IMG/VR virus record: IMGVR_UViG_3300023313_000001
Span: 1-64,000 of that record
Reading direction: 5' to 3' (one strand)
Length of the DNA: 64,000 nt
The notes under the pieces are model-generated. The model saw only the letters and a program-made list of their open reading frames with translations, was not told where the DNA came from and did not search any database. Of this stretch, positions 28,816 through 37,370 are shown piece by piece. The first letter of the stretch is position 1; the number at the start of each line of letters is the position of its first letter. Made by a program: the position numbers and the translations under genes.

Positions 28816-28894
28816 GGGGCGCGGGACTGCTGGGGGTGGTCATTTGTCTTGCACACAAAAAATCAGCCGAATTCGAATTTCGGGCGCTCCACCA
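28816..28894 (+). tRNA. tRNA-Ala(TGC)
   Basis: GGGGCGC/GCGCTCC with G3:U70; TTTGT-CTTGCAC-ACAAA; ACCA. Confidence 0.85.
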
Positions 28895-29022
28895 AATTAA
28901 TAAGGATAGTAAAATGTCTGATTTAGATGAACAAGATGAATCAACCATGCCAGGTGGAATGATGGATCTTTTTGTAACAACATTAGTTGAAGGTTTAAAG
29001 AAAGTAGTAAAAGATAAACAAT

Positions 29023-29098
29023 AGTAGCAGAGCTCGGCAGGTTGAGCATACCGCTGATAACGGTAAGGTCGTGGGTTCGATCCCCACTGCTACTACCA
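29023..29098 (+). tRNA. tRNA-Ile(GAT)
   Basis: TACCG-CTGATAA-CGGTA; ACCA. Confidence 0.9.
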
Positions 29099-29109
29099 AA
29101 TTATGTCCA

Positions 29110-29184
29110 GGGCCTATGGTGGAATGGATATCACACAAGCCTACGAAGCTTGAGTTCCAGGTTCGAATCCTGGTAGGCCCGCCA
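29110..29184 (+). tRNA. tRNA-Arg(ACG)
   Basis: CAAGC-CTACGAA-GCTTG; GCCA. Confidence 0.9.
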
Positions 29185-29190
29185 AACAAT

Positions 29191-29268
29191 GCCCCTGTAG
29201 TCTAACTGGATAGGCACTTCACTACGAATGAAGACATTATGTAGGTTCGAATCCTATCAGGGGTGCCA
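29191..29268 (+). tRNA. tRNA-Arg(ACG), second non-identical copy
   Basis: CTTCA-CTACGAA-TGAAG; body nearly identical to tRNA-Arg(TCT) at 31086. Confidence 0.9.
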
Positions 29269-29290
29269 AATTAGAGTATGTTGGCGTACA

Positions 29291-29320
29291 ATATCAATAT
29301 CAATATCAATATCAATATCA
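29291..29320 (+). repeat. (ATATCA)5 microsatellite
   Basis: Seen directly in sequence. Confidence 0.85.
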
Positions 29321-29347
29321 TACACCAAAATCATAACGTGAATATAT

Positions 29348-29421
29348 GGCCGGTTAACATAAGGGTAATGTGCTTGTTTTACATGCAGGAAATAATGGTT
29401 CGAGTCCATTACTGGCTACCA
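29348..29421 (+). tRNA. tRNA-Val(TAC)
   Basis: CTTGT-TTTACAT-GCAGG; ACCA. Confidence 0.85.
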
Positions 29422-29438
29422 TATTATAACCAAATTGA

Positions 29439-29525
29439 CGCGAGGTATGCAAGTGGTCAAAGCACTAGGGTTCATATCCCTGGATCGTAAGATTTCACAG
29501 GTTCGAATCCTGTCTCTCGCTTCCA
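29439..29525 (+). tRNA. tRNA(CAT), initiator-like, with long variable arm
   Basis: AGGG-TTCATAT-CCCT (three G:C pairs), C1 mismatch, extra arm ATC-GTAA-GAT, TCCA. Confidence 0.7.
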
Positions 29526-29564
29526 ATCTATAAATACTATTACTTACATGTATATGGAGCACCA

Positions 29565-29846
29565 ATGAACATTCAAGAGATACTACAAGAATCATCAGAC
29601 ATTACCAAACAATTTGAACAGAAATGGGAGAATGCTGAAGAAGAGTTTGACCAAAGTCTTCGCCAAGCAAATATTAATGGGTATGATGGTGGAAGTGACA
29701 GTTATTATGAATTCAAAGAATACAGGAAAGTATTTTTTGATGTTTTATATGCTGGTAAATACACTGCAGATACTATAAAACGACTAGACGGATTGATATC
29801 CAGAGTATATGGATTAATCAATGATATGTCGGAGCATTTACAATAA
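29565..29846 (+). CDS. hypothetical late protein (MNIQEILQE start)
   Basis: TATAAATA upstream, GGAG RBS. Confidence 0.7.
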   Translation: MNIQEILQESSDITKQFEQKWENAEEEFDQSLRQANINGYDGGSDSYYEFKEYRKVFFDVLYAGKYTADTIKRLDGLISRVYGLINDMSEHLQ

Positions 29847-29914
29847 TTTAACTGTTGAACAATATACTAGTTCATGTAAACTAATACCACTATTAATCAA
29901 ATTGGAACTACACA

Positions 29915-30136
29915 ATGTCAAAACGTAAAACAGTAATCAAAACAGATCGTGGTGTTAAAATCTTTAAAGCTCCAGCCAAGTTCAGGGTAGGGAATCGGAA
30001 AAGCGGTCGTTCTGCATTGATAATGACTACTGCAGACTTGTTAAAAGAATTGACATCTGGTAACAATAAACGTGCCCATGATAAAATTAGAACAGTTTTA
30101 AATAAGCGTGGTGTAGATTTTAAGTCAGCTGAGTAA
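29915..30136 (+). CDS. small basic protein
   Basis: Lys/Arg-rich; sigma70-like promoter upstream. Confidence 0.7.
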   Translation: MSKRKTVIKTDRGVKIFKAPAKFRVGNRKSGRSALIMTTADLLKELTSGNNKRAHDKIRTVLNKRGVDFKSAE

Positions 30137-30139
30137 TTT

Positions 30140-30334
30140 ATGTTAAGTCCAGGTGGCAAAATTGAGTACTCTTGTCGAGAATGTAAGAGTACTAATATCT
30201 ACAAAGGTTTTCATCAACTAATGGAAATGAATGTCGCTATGTGTAGAGACTGTAATAGTTGGACACAATGGCATAGTCGCATAAAAACTAGTCTAAAAAC
30301 GAAAAAGAATAAAGCGCGTTTAGTTCAATGTTAG
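30140..30334 (+). CDS. small zinc-ribbon protein
   Basis: CxxC...CxxC. Confidence 0.5.
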   Translation: MLSPGGKIEYSCRECKSTNIYKGFHQLMEMNVAMCRDCNSWTQWHSRIKTSLKTKKNKARLVQC

Positions 30335-30385
30335 AACAGCTCTTCTTCAGGAGAGTGCATTGCGGTTAAATTCCTCCAACCCACA
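30314..30385 (+). pseudogene. degenerate tRNA with TCA-containing loop
   Basis: TAGTTCAATGTTAGAAC D arm, GCTCT/AGAGT stem; degenerate T arm and acceptor, no CCA. Confidence 0.35.
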
Positions 30386-30434
30386 TTCACCGACAATAGC
30401 ATAAATAGAATACCAAACACATAGGAATTTAATC

Positions 30435-30827
30435 ATGCTTACATTAACAGAACAGAACAGAATTAGAAAATTAGCTGGAATGTCATTATTGACTGAGGCA
30501 GCAGGTCAAACGTATCACATACAGAATGAAGCAGACTTGAAAAAGTTGGCATCTAGGTACACTATAATGTATGATGAAGAAGGAGAATCTGTTGTGGTGT
30601 TAACCGATGTTGGACCAGATCTGTCGTCTAATGAATTATATGCCAAGTACGCCAATGATTTGGACCCAGCAGAGTTGGATGTGTTATCTGATTATCCACA
30701 TTTTGCAACATCAGTTACTGAGAAGCCTGGTATGGCTGAGTTCCCATTTGATCCAGAATATCGTACCTGGGCTAGCCATATCAAAATTGAACGACGTATA
30801 GCAAAACACTTACTGTCACAAATGTAA
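30435..30827 (+). CDS. MLTLTEQNRIRKLAGM-leader family protein, copy 1
   Basis: Shared 5' cassette with 34327, 34763 and 35535. Confidence 0.8.
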   Translation: MLTLTEQNRIRKLAGMSLLTEAAGQTYHIQNEADLKKLASRYTIMYDEEGESVVVLTDVGPDLSSNELYAKYANDLDPAELDVLSDYPHFATSVTEKPGMAEFPFDPEYRTWASHIKIERRIAKHLLSQM

Positions 30828-31085
30828 CACAAAGCTCAGGCGAAGGGCTAAAAATCAGCCGATACATAGGAAGTAGAAATTTATAACAATTTCTAGCAAT
30901 ATGCGGATGGCTGATGTAGATTAGGGTAGTCAACAACATTCCATTGCGTGTAACGGGTGTGTACACATTCGAGTCGAACTTCTGGCGTTGTGTGAAAGCA
31001 TCAGATCGAATCTTGACAGATTCTCCTCGCTCTAGTGTTGAGTGGTCTTATAGTGAATTCAGTAATAGACCGTCTTACTTGTAAT

Positions 31086-31162
31086 GCCCCTGTAGTCTAA
31101 TTGGATAGGCAACAGATTTCTACTCTGTTCGTATGTAGGTTCGAATCCTATCAGGGGTGCCA
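31086..31162 (+). tRNA. tRNA-Arg(TCT)
   Basis: ACAGA-TTTCTAC-TCTGT; GCCA. Confidence 0.9.
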
Positions 31163-31321
31163 AATCACGTCGTACGGGTAACCTAGGCGATGTCCAAAGT
31201 AGGGGCCATCGAATGCCAAGCTGAATTGGCGGACGGTGGGTCGGCCCTACTGCTTATCTGGTTGACCATTTCATTCAAACATACTATGATGTTGTATCGA
31301 TTTAATACAGAGGATACACTC

Positions 31322-31726
31322 ATGTCCACCAATAAAATACCTTCGTTAGATTTAGAAGAACACATACACCACTGTTGGAATATTACCAAAGATATCGATA
31401 CTCTGTATGAAGGTGTGTTAAATGTTGGAATGACTACCGATCAAATTGCAAACACGTTATTAGGACTATATCAATTATATGAATTAAAATTTGACGCGTT
31501 GTGGTTATCTTGTGAGCGACTATGGGCAGAGCAGGCAAAAATTGCGGATGAGCGAACTAAGTTGAAGCAGAAGTTACAAATGCAAGATAATGATCTGGCA
31601 AATCATCTAGCAGTGATTAACCAATTGGAAACTCAATTGTCTCAAGCTCGTGTAACAACTGCTGGTGATGAGTATGATGATGCTAAACGATCTATGGGAC
31701 TAAACGATGATATACAATCCAAGTAA
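31322..31726 (+). CDS. hypothetical protein (conserved phage motif DLEE.I..CW.IT.DI...IAN.LLG...LY.LKF)
   Basis: GAGGA RBS before 31322. Confidence 0.7.
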   Translation: MSTNKIPSLDLEEHIHHCWNITKDIDTLYEGVLNVGMTTDQIANTLLGLYQLYELKFDALWLSCERLWAEQAKIADERTKLKQKLQMQDNDLANHLAVINQLETQLSQARVTTAGDEYDDAKRSMGLNDDIQSK

Positions 31727-32300
31727 ACCATTTTTTATGGAGCTGGGTAGCAATTGCTTTGATACCTTAATTCCATTTGCTGAAGCTGGTTGGCATGGAA
31801 TCTTTGTAGAACCTGTGCCACATTATATGGCTAACTTGAGACAGTTGGGAAACTTTTCCAACTGTGCATACGAACAGTGTGCCATAGTATCCGATCCATC
31901 TATTTCTAGTATTAAAATGGCTAGATATGATGAGAATCATATTCCCGTAGATCAAGGATGGATGCACGGAATTGGTCATATTGATAGTGATATTCAGACG
32001 GGTGAAAAACTAATCACAGACACACATAAACTAGATATTCCTGTAGTGAAATGGATGGCACATGCCAAAACCCTGGATCAGATAATTCTTGAGTACAATG
32101 TACATCATATAGATTTTATGAAAATAGACATTGAGGGACACGAGATTGATATCATTAAACAATATAGTTGGAATGTGATCCCAAAAATTATTAAGGTGGA
32201 GCATGCCCACTGTGATGATGACTTAATGAAGTTATTACTCGAACAGCATGGATACCATGTGTATTACGAACACAATGATTTATACGGTATTAGATTGTAA
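31707..32300 (+). CDS. FkbM-family methyltransferase
   Basis: F.ELGS, GW.GIFVEPV, IDFMKIDIEGHE. Confidence 0.85.
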   Translation: MIYNPSKPFFMELGSNCFDTLIPFAEAGWHGIFVEPVPHYMANLRQLGNFSNCAYEQCAIVSDPSISSIKMARYDENHIPVDQGWMHGIGHIDSDIQTGEKLITDTHKLDIPVVKWMAHAKTLDQIILEYNVHHIDFMKIDIEGHEIDIIKQYSWNVIPKIIKVEHAHCDDDLMKLLLEQHGYHVYYEHNDLYGIRL

Positions 32301-32386
32301 ACAACAGTCAAGTATGGGAGACACATATGTTGACAACAATCATTACACAGTTATTGGCAACATGTTGCCTACCATAGGAGACTATT

Positions 32387-33529
32387 GTGGATTTACTCAA
32401 TATACCGAAAACTATTCATATAGGTGTCAATAAACGAAATGACACTTATACTGGTCATTTAGCTTATGTAATCTATACTGATGAAAAAGGCAAGAGACGG
32501 AAAGAATGCAGTTGGGAAAGCTGGAGAGATACCTCGATCGATCCAATTGATTATGATAACGTGCCAACTTCAGGATTTGTATTAAACAAGGGTGTCGGTG
32601 GTGGTAGATCTGGCGGTGGATGGAATGCTCGCAATGAATACATTCGGGTATACGATCCTCGTAATTTTGAGTTTGAAATTTCGGTAGCCAATTTATTATT
32701 CATATTGCAAGAGACAAATTCAATTAAAGGCAAAGGACTCGAAGGAGAATTTGTCTACTCATGGTCAGGAGCAGATTTAGTCCTACTCCCTGTGGCCAGT
32801 GCAGAATATGCTGCATCAACCGAATTTACAAATGCAAAAACCATGAAAGTCACCAAGAAAGATATGGTGGAAGGTTGTGTATATCTTAGTAAAGATATGA
32901 GAGAATTAGTTTACTTAGGTCGACATAAATGTAGACAATATTACGGATATAGTGATACATTCGGTTATAATGAATTAACCACACCTCCGGAAAAATTCTT
33001 TCATGTTTTTTATGATGTAGAAACTGAGAAGTATGATTTCGAACGTGGATTTACCAAATTATGTAAAAAGGTTAGTGATGAATCCTACCACGATTATGCT
33101 AATCTACATACTGAATTGGTTGATAGCAAATATTGTTCACTGTTATCCAAAACAATACTGACCCCTGTTACAATAGATGACATGCCTCCAACAATATGGA
33201 GAGATTGTAAGTTTTTCATTAGACGTGATGACCATTATGATATGTATCAAATAACAAACAATCACTGGAAATGTAGTCATAACGATAATACACCGTTGAA
33301 TACTGTTATCACATTAGATGGTGACACTGTAACTGATATCGAATTTGGTTCACGTGAAGTTAAACCTAGACACGGTGGGTTTAATCATGGACCGTCATAT
33401 AAAGAACACTACATTGACCATACAAAATTAGTAAAAATGGGTGACATTGAAATGTTTACCATAGAATATTTACTAGAATCTGGATTAACATTAGGAGTAC
33501 AAGATTATGTCCAACGACAATCAAATTAA
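32387..33529 (+). CDS. conserved phage hypothetical protein
   Basis: ORF track; LAYVIY.DEKG..RKE.SW.SWR, GFVLNK.VGG, RVYDPR.FEFEI. Confidence 0.75.
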   Translation: MDLLNIPKTIHIGVNKRNDTYTGHLAYVIYTDEKGKRRKECSWESWRDTSIDPIDYDNVPTSGFVLNKGVGGGRSGGGWNARNEYIRVYDPRNFEFEISVANLLFILQETNSIKGKGLEGEFVYSWSGADLVLLPVASAEYAASTEFTNAKTMKVTKKDMVEGCVYLSKDMRELVYLGRHKCRQYYGYSDTFGYNELTTPPEKFFHVFYDVETEKYDFERGFTKLCKKVSDESYHDYANLHTELVDSKYCSLLSKTILTPVTIDDMPPTIWRDCKFFIRRDDHYDMYQITNNHWKCSHNDNTPLNTVITLDGDTVTDIEFGSREVKPRHGGFNHGPSYKEHYIDHTKLVKMGDIEMFTIEYLLESGLTLGVQDYVQRQSN

Positions 33530-33929
33530 AGACTACAGAACTAAGGTAGAAGCCAAACGATCAGCTCTAGGCAGTAAACCTAGAGTGAACTACGTAACTA
33601 ATATGTTACTACCACTCAACGATAGTAAGTTGAATCTCAATTTAATGAATACAGAAAAGGCGTGCATAGATGTTGCACAACAGCTTGCAATGATGCATAA
33701 CGCACAAGTACAAGCTAATGAATGGTTAGGTACTTCACAATCACTTACGGTAGGTAATTTCAAAGTGGAAGAGTGGGTGGAAGATATTAGAACTCGTTTG
33801 TCTATTATTAACTGGGATCAAGAAAAACAAAAACTAAATGCTATGGACACCAAGCTAGCTGGATTGTTAAGTGAGGATGCCAAAACTGCTAATGCTATTG
33901 CAGACATTGCAGGCGAATTAGGTTTATAG
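33507..33929 (+). CDS. hypothetical protein, partner of the preceding gene
   Basis: ORF track, AGGAG RBS. Confidence 0.7.
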   Translation: MSNDNQIKDYRTKVEAKRSALGSKPRVNYVTNMLLPLNDSKLNLNLMNTEKACIDVAQQLAMMHNAQVQANEWLGTSQSLTVGNFKVEEWVEDIRTRLSIINWDQEKQKLNAMDTKLAGLLSEDAKTANAIADIAGELGL

Positions 33930-33935
33930 AATTAC

Positions 33936-34089
33936 CCACACTGGTACCTGATATATTACATTACTATGCATGGTAATGTAATACCAAGCGATTAGGGCAT
34001 GGTATCACGGACATTTGAACAGTATGCTCCTATGCATGGGAGTTGCTACTACATAATGTTCACGGGTTCGACTCCCGATGTGTGGTCCA
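33936..34089 (+). ncRNA. enlarged tRNA-like RNA (~154 nt) with T arm and CCA
   Basis: CCACAC/GTGTGG terminal stem, T-CCA, CGGG-TTCGACT-CCCG T arm, two long internal hairpins. Confidence 0.55.
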
Positions 34090-34326
34090 AATAATGCGAT
34101 GAAGTAGGTACAGCATCTAAATAGTCCAATGATGTAGGTTGTACAGTCGACCGTGCACAAAAAGCTGCAGCAAATTTTGCCGACTACGTATCATAGATAG
34201 TATGATTTTGGTTAAACTAATTTAATATGAAAGTAGTCCCTACATATTCATTAGACTTGAGATGATAGTTTACGTGGTGAGATGCCTGGTTGGTATAAAT
34301 ACAATACATTATATAGGAATTTAATC

Positions 34327-34734
34327 ATGCTCACATTAACAGAACAGAACAGAATTAGAAAATTAGCTGGAATGCCATTATTGACTGAGGCAGCAGGCAT
34401 GTCGGCAGGGCCGTCTGGTACTCCCATATCAATGAACCAAGTAGTTGAATACAAACGACGTGGATTCGTAGTAGCATATAAATACGATTTCTATGCAGAT
34501 GAACCAGACGACGAACTGCGTGATATGTACGGTGATGAAGAAGATTGGCCAACTAATAGTGCAGAGTTAGCTGATTACGGTTACGAACCAGATGTGTTAG
34601 CATTTAGATCTAAAGGTGATATGATCGGGTATGCTAAACAAGAAGATGATACAGAGAAATTTGTTTTCGTAAACGATACTACATTACGGTATGAACGTGA
34701 TACAGGTAGTTGGATTGAATACGTAATAGTGTAA
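34327..34734 (+). CDS. MLTLTEQNRIRKLAGM-leader family protein, copy 2 (acidic cargo)
   Basis: Cassette start ATG 34327. Confidence 0.8.
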   Translation: MLTLTEQNRIRKLAGMPLLTEAAGMSAGPSGTPISMNQVVEYKRRGFVVAYKYDFYADEPDDELRDMYGDEEDWPTNSAELADYGYEPDVLAFRSKGDMIGYAKQEDDTEKFVFVNDTTLRYERDTGSWIEYVIV

Positions 34735-34762
34735 ATACAATACATTATATAGGAATTTAATC

Positions 34763-35506
34763 ATGCTCACATTAACAGAACAGAACAGAATTAGAAAATT
34801 AGCTGGAATGCCATTATTGACTGAGGCAGCAGGCATGTCGGCAGGGTATGGTTTTGATCAACTGTCATACCACCAAAAATTGGTTGCCATAGCAAGTTTG
34901 ACAGCATACATGGAAGGTCCATGGGAATGGGACAGAGAAGATCGAGACGATTTGGCAGGATACGAGGATGCTGACAATGATGATGTCTTTGATGCATACA
35001 TGCGTAGTCATCAATTGGATATAACAAAGTTAACTCGCACTGAAATCTCACAACGCTGGAAAGATCTATTAAACAACGTGAGTGATGTAGCCTCAGATGC
35101 CGTTCGGTATGCATCTAATCCACGCGCTGTCGCAGAACAGCACCGACTCAGAGCAGACACTAAACCATTATTGACAGAAATGTCCACACAATCCCACCCA
35201 TTTATAGACCATCTACAATCTATGATAGCAGATGGTTCATCTGAATATTCTGATGCAGATGTTGCCTGGATAGAACGTGGTGAAGCCACTATCATTATCG
35301 ATAGGGATGTGGAAATGTACGCGGATGACATGGAATCACTGGACAGGAGATTTGAATCTTATGGATTTAATGAATATCGTGATTATGAATGGGGTATTGA
35401 GCGAGGGGATGATGGAGCACATGCTATTAGGATTTTAAACTTATCTATGTTGGATAATAAAAATGTGCAATCCATTTTAGAGTCTATATGTGGACCAGAA
35501 GACTAA
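34763..35506 (+). CDS. MLTLTEQNRIRKLAGM-leader family protein, copy 3 (two cargo modules)
   Basis: Internal second PLLTE-MSTQSHP. Confidence 0.8.
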   Translation: MLTLTEQNRIRKLAGMPLLTEAAGMSAGYGFDQLSYHQKLVAIASLTAYMEGPWEWDREDRDDLAGYEDADNDDVFDAYMRSHQLDITKLTRTEISQRWKDLLNNVSDVASDAVRYASNPRAVAEQHRLRADTKPLLTEMSTQSHPFIDHLQSMIADGSSEYSDADVAWIERGEATIIIDRDVEMYADDMESLDRRFESYGFNEYRDYEWGIERGDDGAHAIRILNLSMLDNKNVQSILESICGPED

Positions 35507-35534
35507 ATACAATACATTATATAGGAATTTAATC

Positions 35535-36290
35535 ATGCTTACATTAACAGAACAGAACAGAATTAGAAAATTAGCTGGAATGCCATTATTGACTGAAATG
35601 TCCACACAATCCCACCCAGCATCTTACATGAATCATGGTGCAAATATACCATTTGAAGACGGTAAGGATGGAATAGTATTCTTAGACGATAACAATCTTT
35701 TGTATGGCCTGGTTGGGGATGGTGTGAATAATTTCGAAGGAATTAAACGAATTTTCAGAGATTTCAGTAAAGGCCAGAGTTTCGATAGTGGTAGTGATAT
35801 GATGGTTGAATTTCTCCGTGACATCCCAGACCACGAAAAATGGTATAACGGGAAAGTACATGAAGTGACTAACCTAGCTGAATATCTAGATTTAGATGAT
35901 GATGATAGTGTATACGAACCTGTTGATCGTAAGAAATACCCTAGAACCAAGTTATCACCAAAGCTAACAGAAATGGCAGACCCACGTTCATCCGCAGCAG
36001 CTTTGTTCATGGATGAGAATGATGAAGTAGCAATCGATCAGGATCCTGATCAAATGCGTGATCACATTAGTCAAATCGGTCGTCGGAACTTGGTACGCGG
36101 TTGGCGCAAGAGTATTGAGCAATTTAGACAACAGATATCTAGAGCTGGACAACGTGATCCAGACAGTGTTCAACGAAACACAGAGGTGTTAAATAGATTC
36201 ATACGATACAATCGGTCTAAGTATGCTAATAATCAAGTCTTTTTCCACACAGACGAGTTTGCTGTACTATATTGCGGATCTATAGATTAA
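35535..36290 (+). CDS. MLTLTEQNRIRKLAGM-leader family protein, copy 4 (two cargo modules)
   Basis: LLTE-MSTQSHP followed by internal KLTE-MADP. Confidence 0.8.
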   Translation: MLTLTEQNRIRKLAGMPLLTEMSTQSHPASYMNHGANIPFEDGKDGIVFLDDNNLLYGLVGDGVNNFEGIKRIFRDFSKGQSFDSGSDMMVEFLRDIPDHEKWYNGKVHEVTNLAEYLDLDDDDSVYEPVDRKKYPRTKLSPKLTEMADPRSSAAALFMDENDEVAIDQDPDQMRDHISQIGRRNLVRGWRKSIEQFRQQISRAGQRDPDSVQRNTEVLNRFIRYNRSKYANNQVFFHTDEFAVLYCGSID

Positions 36291-36442
36291 TGGTGTAAAA
36301 CTGTGAATTAATAGTTGCTTATAATTAAATAAGCAACTATAATCTTCACAATTGGTAAAGGGACTGGAACGGCTTCCAGCTTTACGTCGCTCATAATGAG
36401 TTTAGCCGATAATTCAAATTACTATGTCAATGGAGACAGATA

Positions 36443-36490
36443 ATGAAACATACAAAATCTGATAAAACCAACGACATGCGTACCTCCTAA
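36443..36490 (+). promoter_or_regulatory. 15-aa leader ORF MKHTKSDKTNDMRTS* with stop codon inside a long hairpin
   Basis: GGAGA RBS; AACGACATGCG..ACC pairs with GGT..CGTGTGTCGTT. Confidence 0.45.
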
Positions 36491-36532
36491 GATAGTCTTA
36501 TTACGGTCCGTGTGTCGTTAAACGATACGTAC

Positions 36533-36609
36533 GGGCGTGTAGTGTAGTCTGGTAGCACACCATCCTTTTAAGATGATCAGGGTAGGTTCGAATCCTATCA
36601 CGCCCACCA
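36533..36609 (+). tRNA. tRNA-Lys(TTT)
   Basis: GGGCGTG/CACGCCC; CATC-CTTTTAA-GATG; ACCA. Confidence 0.9.
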
Positions 36610-36672
36610 ATTCGTTGACTACAATATTTAATTCCAGTACACTACATCATTAACTCAATTTAGGAGCACCTC

Positions 36673-37140
36673 ATGACTTTTGGTAAACTAGATGAAGAAT
36701 CCACTTTTGGAGATAGACTCACAGAAATGATGAAGGCTGACAATGCTGATGATCCCAGTTCCATAGATACTCCGAAACGCGATGGTGGAACTTTACATGG
36801 ATGGTATTCGAAAATGTTTACGTTTGAAAGTAAAAAAGATCCCTTCACAGTAGTATTTGGTCATATTAGTGGTGACTCACGTTGGAGAGATGGAAAACCG
36901 ATTAAAACATCTCCAGTGATAACTTTAAACACAGAGGATCGGATTCTGGAAACTGAAAATACGATCTATCGACTAGGAAATGAGGCAACTGAACAAGACA
37001 TCATGTCCATTGGGATGTTGCGGTATGACATCCCATCAGGACCGGAAGACTACCACGTAGATGATGTAACAGTACCTGAACCACTGTCGGAAGAAGAGCA
37101 AGCAAAGCTAGATGCCATGTTACAAGCGATGATATTTTAA
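36673..37140 (+). CDS. hypothetical protein (G.I.GD.RW.DG..I.TS.V...ET.NT.Y.L phage family)
   Basis: ORF track, AGGAG RBS. Confidence 0.7.
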   Translation: MTFGKLDEESTFGDRLTEMMKADNADDPSSIDTPKRDGGTLHGWYSKMFTFESKKDPFTVVFGHISGDSRWRDGKPIKTSPVITLNTEDRILETENTIYRLGNEATEQDIMSIGMLRYDIPSGPEDYHVDDVTVPEPLSEEEQAKLDAMLQAMIF

Positions 37141-37291
37141 TGGCAGATTGTGCACATACAAAAAACATAACCTGTCTCATGATCCGGAAGAGTGGGATGA
37201 AAATTTTAGATGCTATTGAACATCTATCGTATAAATATGAATAACAACACCCGTAACGCCTCTGGATCAAGCGTACCAGAACGGGTTTATT

Positions 37292-37368
37292 GGCAACTTA
37301 GCTCAGTCTGGCAGAGCACATCCTTCATACGGATAAGGTCAGTGGTTCAAATCCACTAGTTGCTACCA
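37292..37368 (+). tRNA. tRNA-Met/Ile2(CAT)
   Basis: ATCC-TTCATAC-GGAT; canonical arms; ACCA. Confidence 0.88.
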
Positions 37369-37370
37369 AA

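Larger units (their letters stand above)
34296..35618 (+). repeat. dispersed ~95-115 bp promoter/RBS/leader cassette (34296-34410, 34732-34846, 35504-35596; also 30421-30505) plus a 36-bp internal repeat (35165-35200, 35583-35618)
   Basis: Near-identical TAAATACAATACATTATATAGGAATTTAATCATGCT...TTGACTGA copies. Confidence 0.95.

Noticed and set aside
26872-29490. ORF-track ORFs overlapping tRNAs (26872-, 26911+, 27551+, 28643+, 28995-, 29278+) and 50680- over the tmRNA
   Set aside because: They are shadows of RNA genes.
30830-31080. Group I intron or RNase P RNA
   Set aside because: No recognisable P7/catalytic core or GAGGAAAGUCC motif, and no interrupted host gene.
34296-35618. CRISPR array, integron attC array or IS ends
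   Set aside because: The repeats are promoter-plus-coding leaders without palindromic attC structure, and no integrase or transposase is present in the window.
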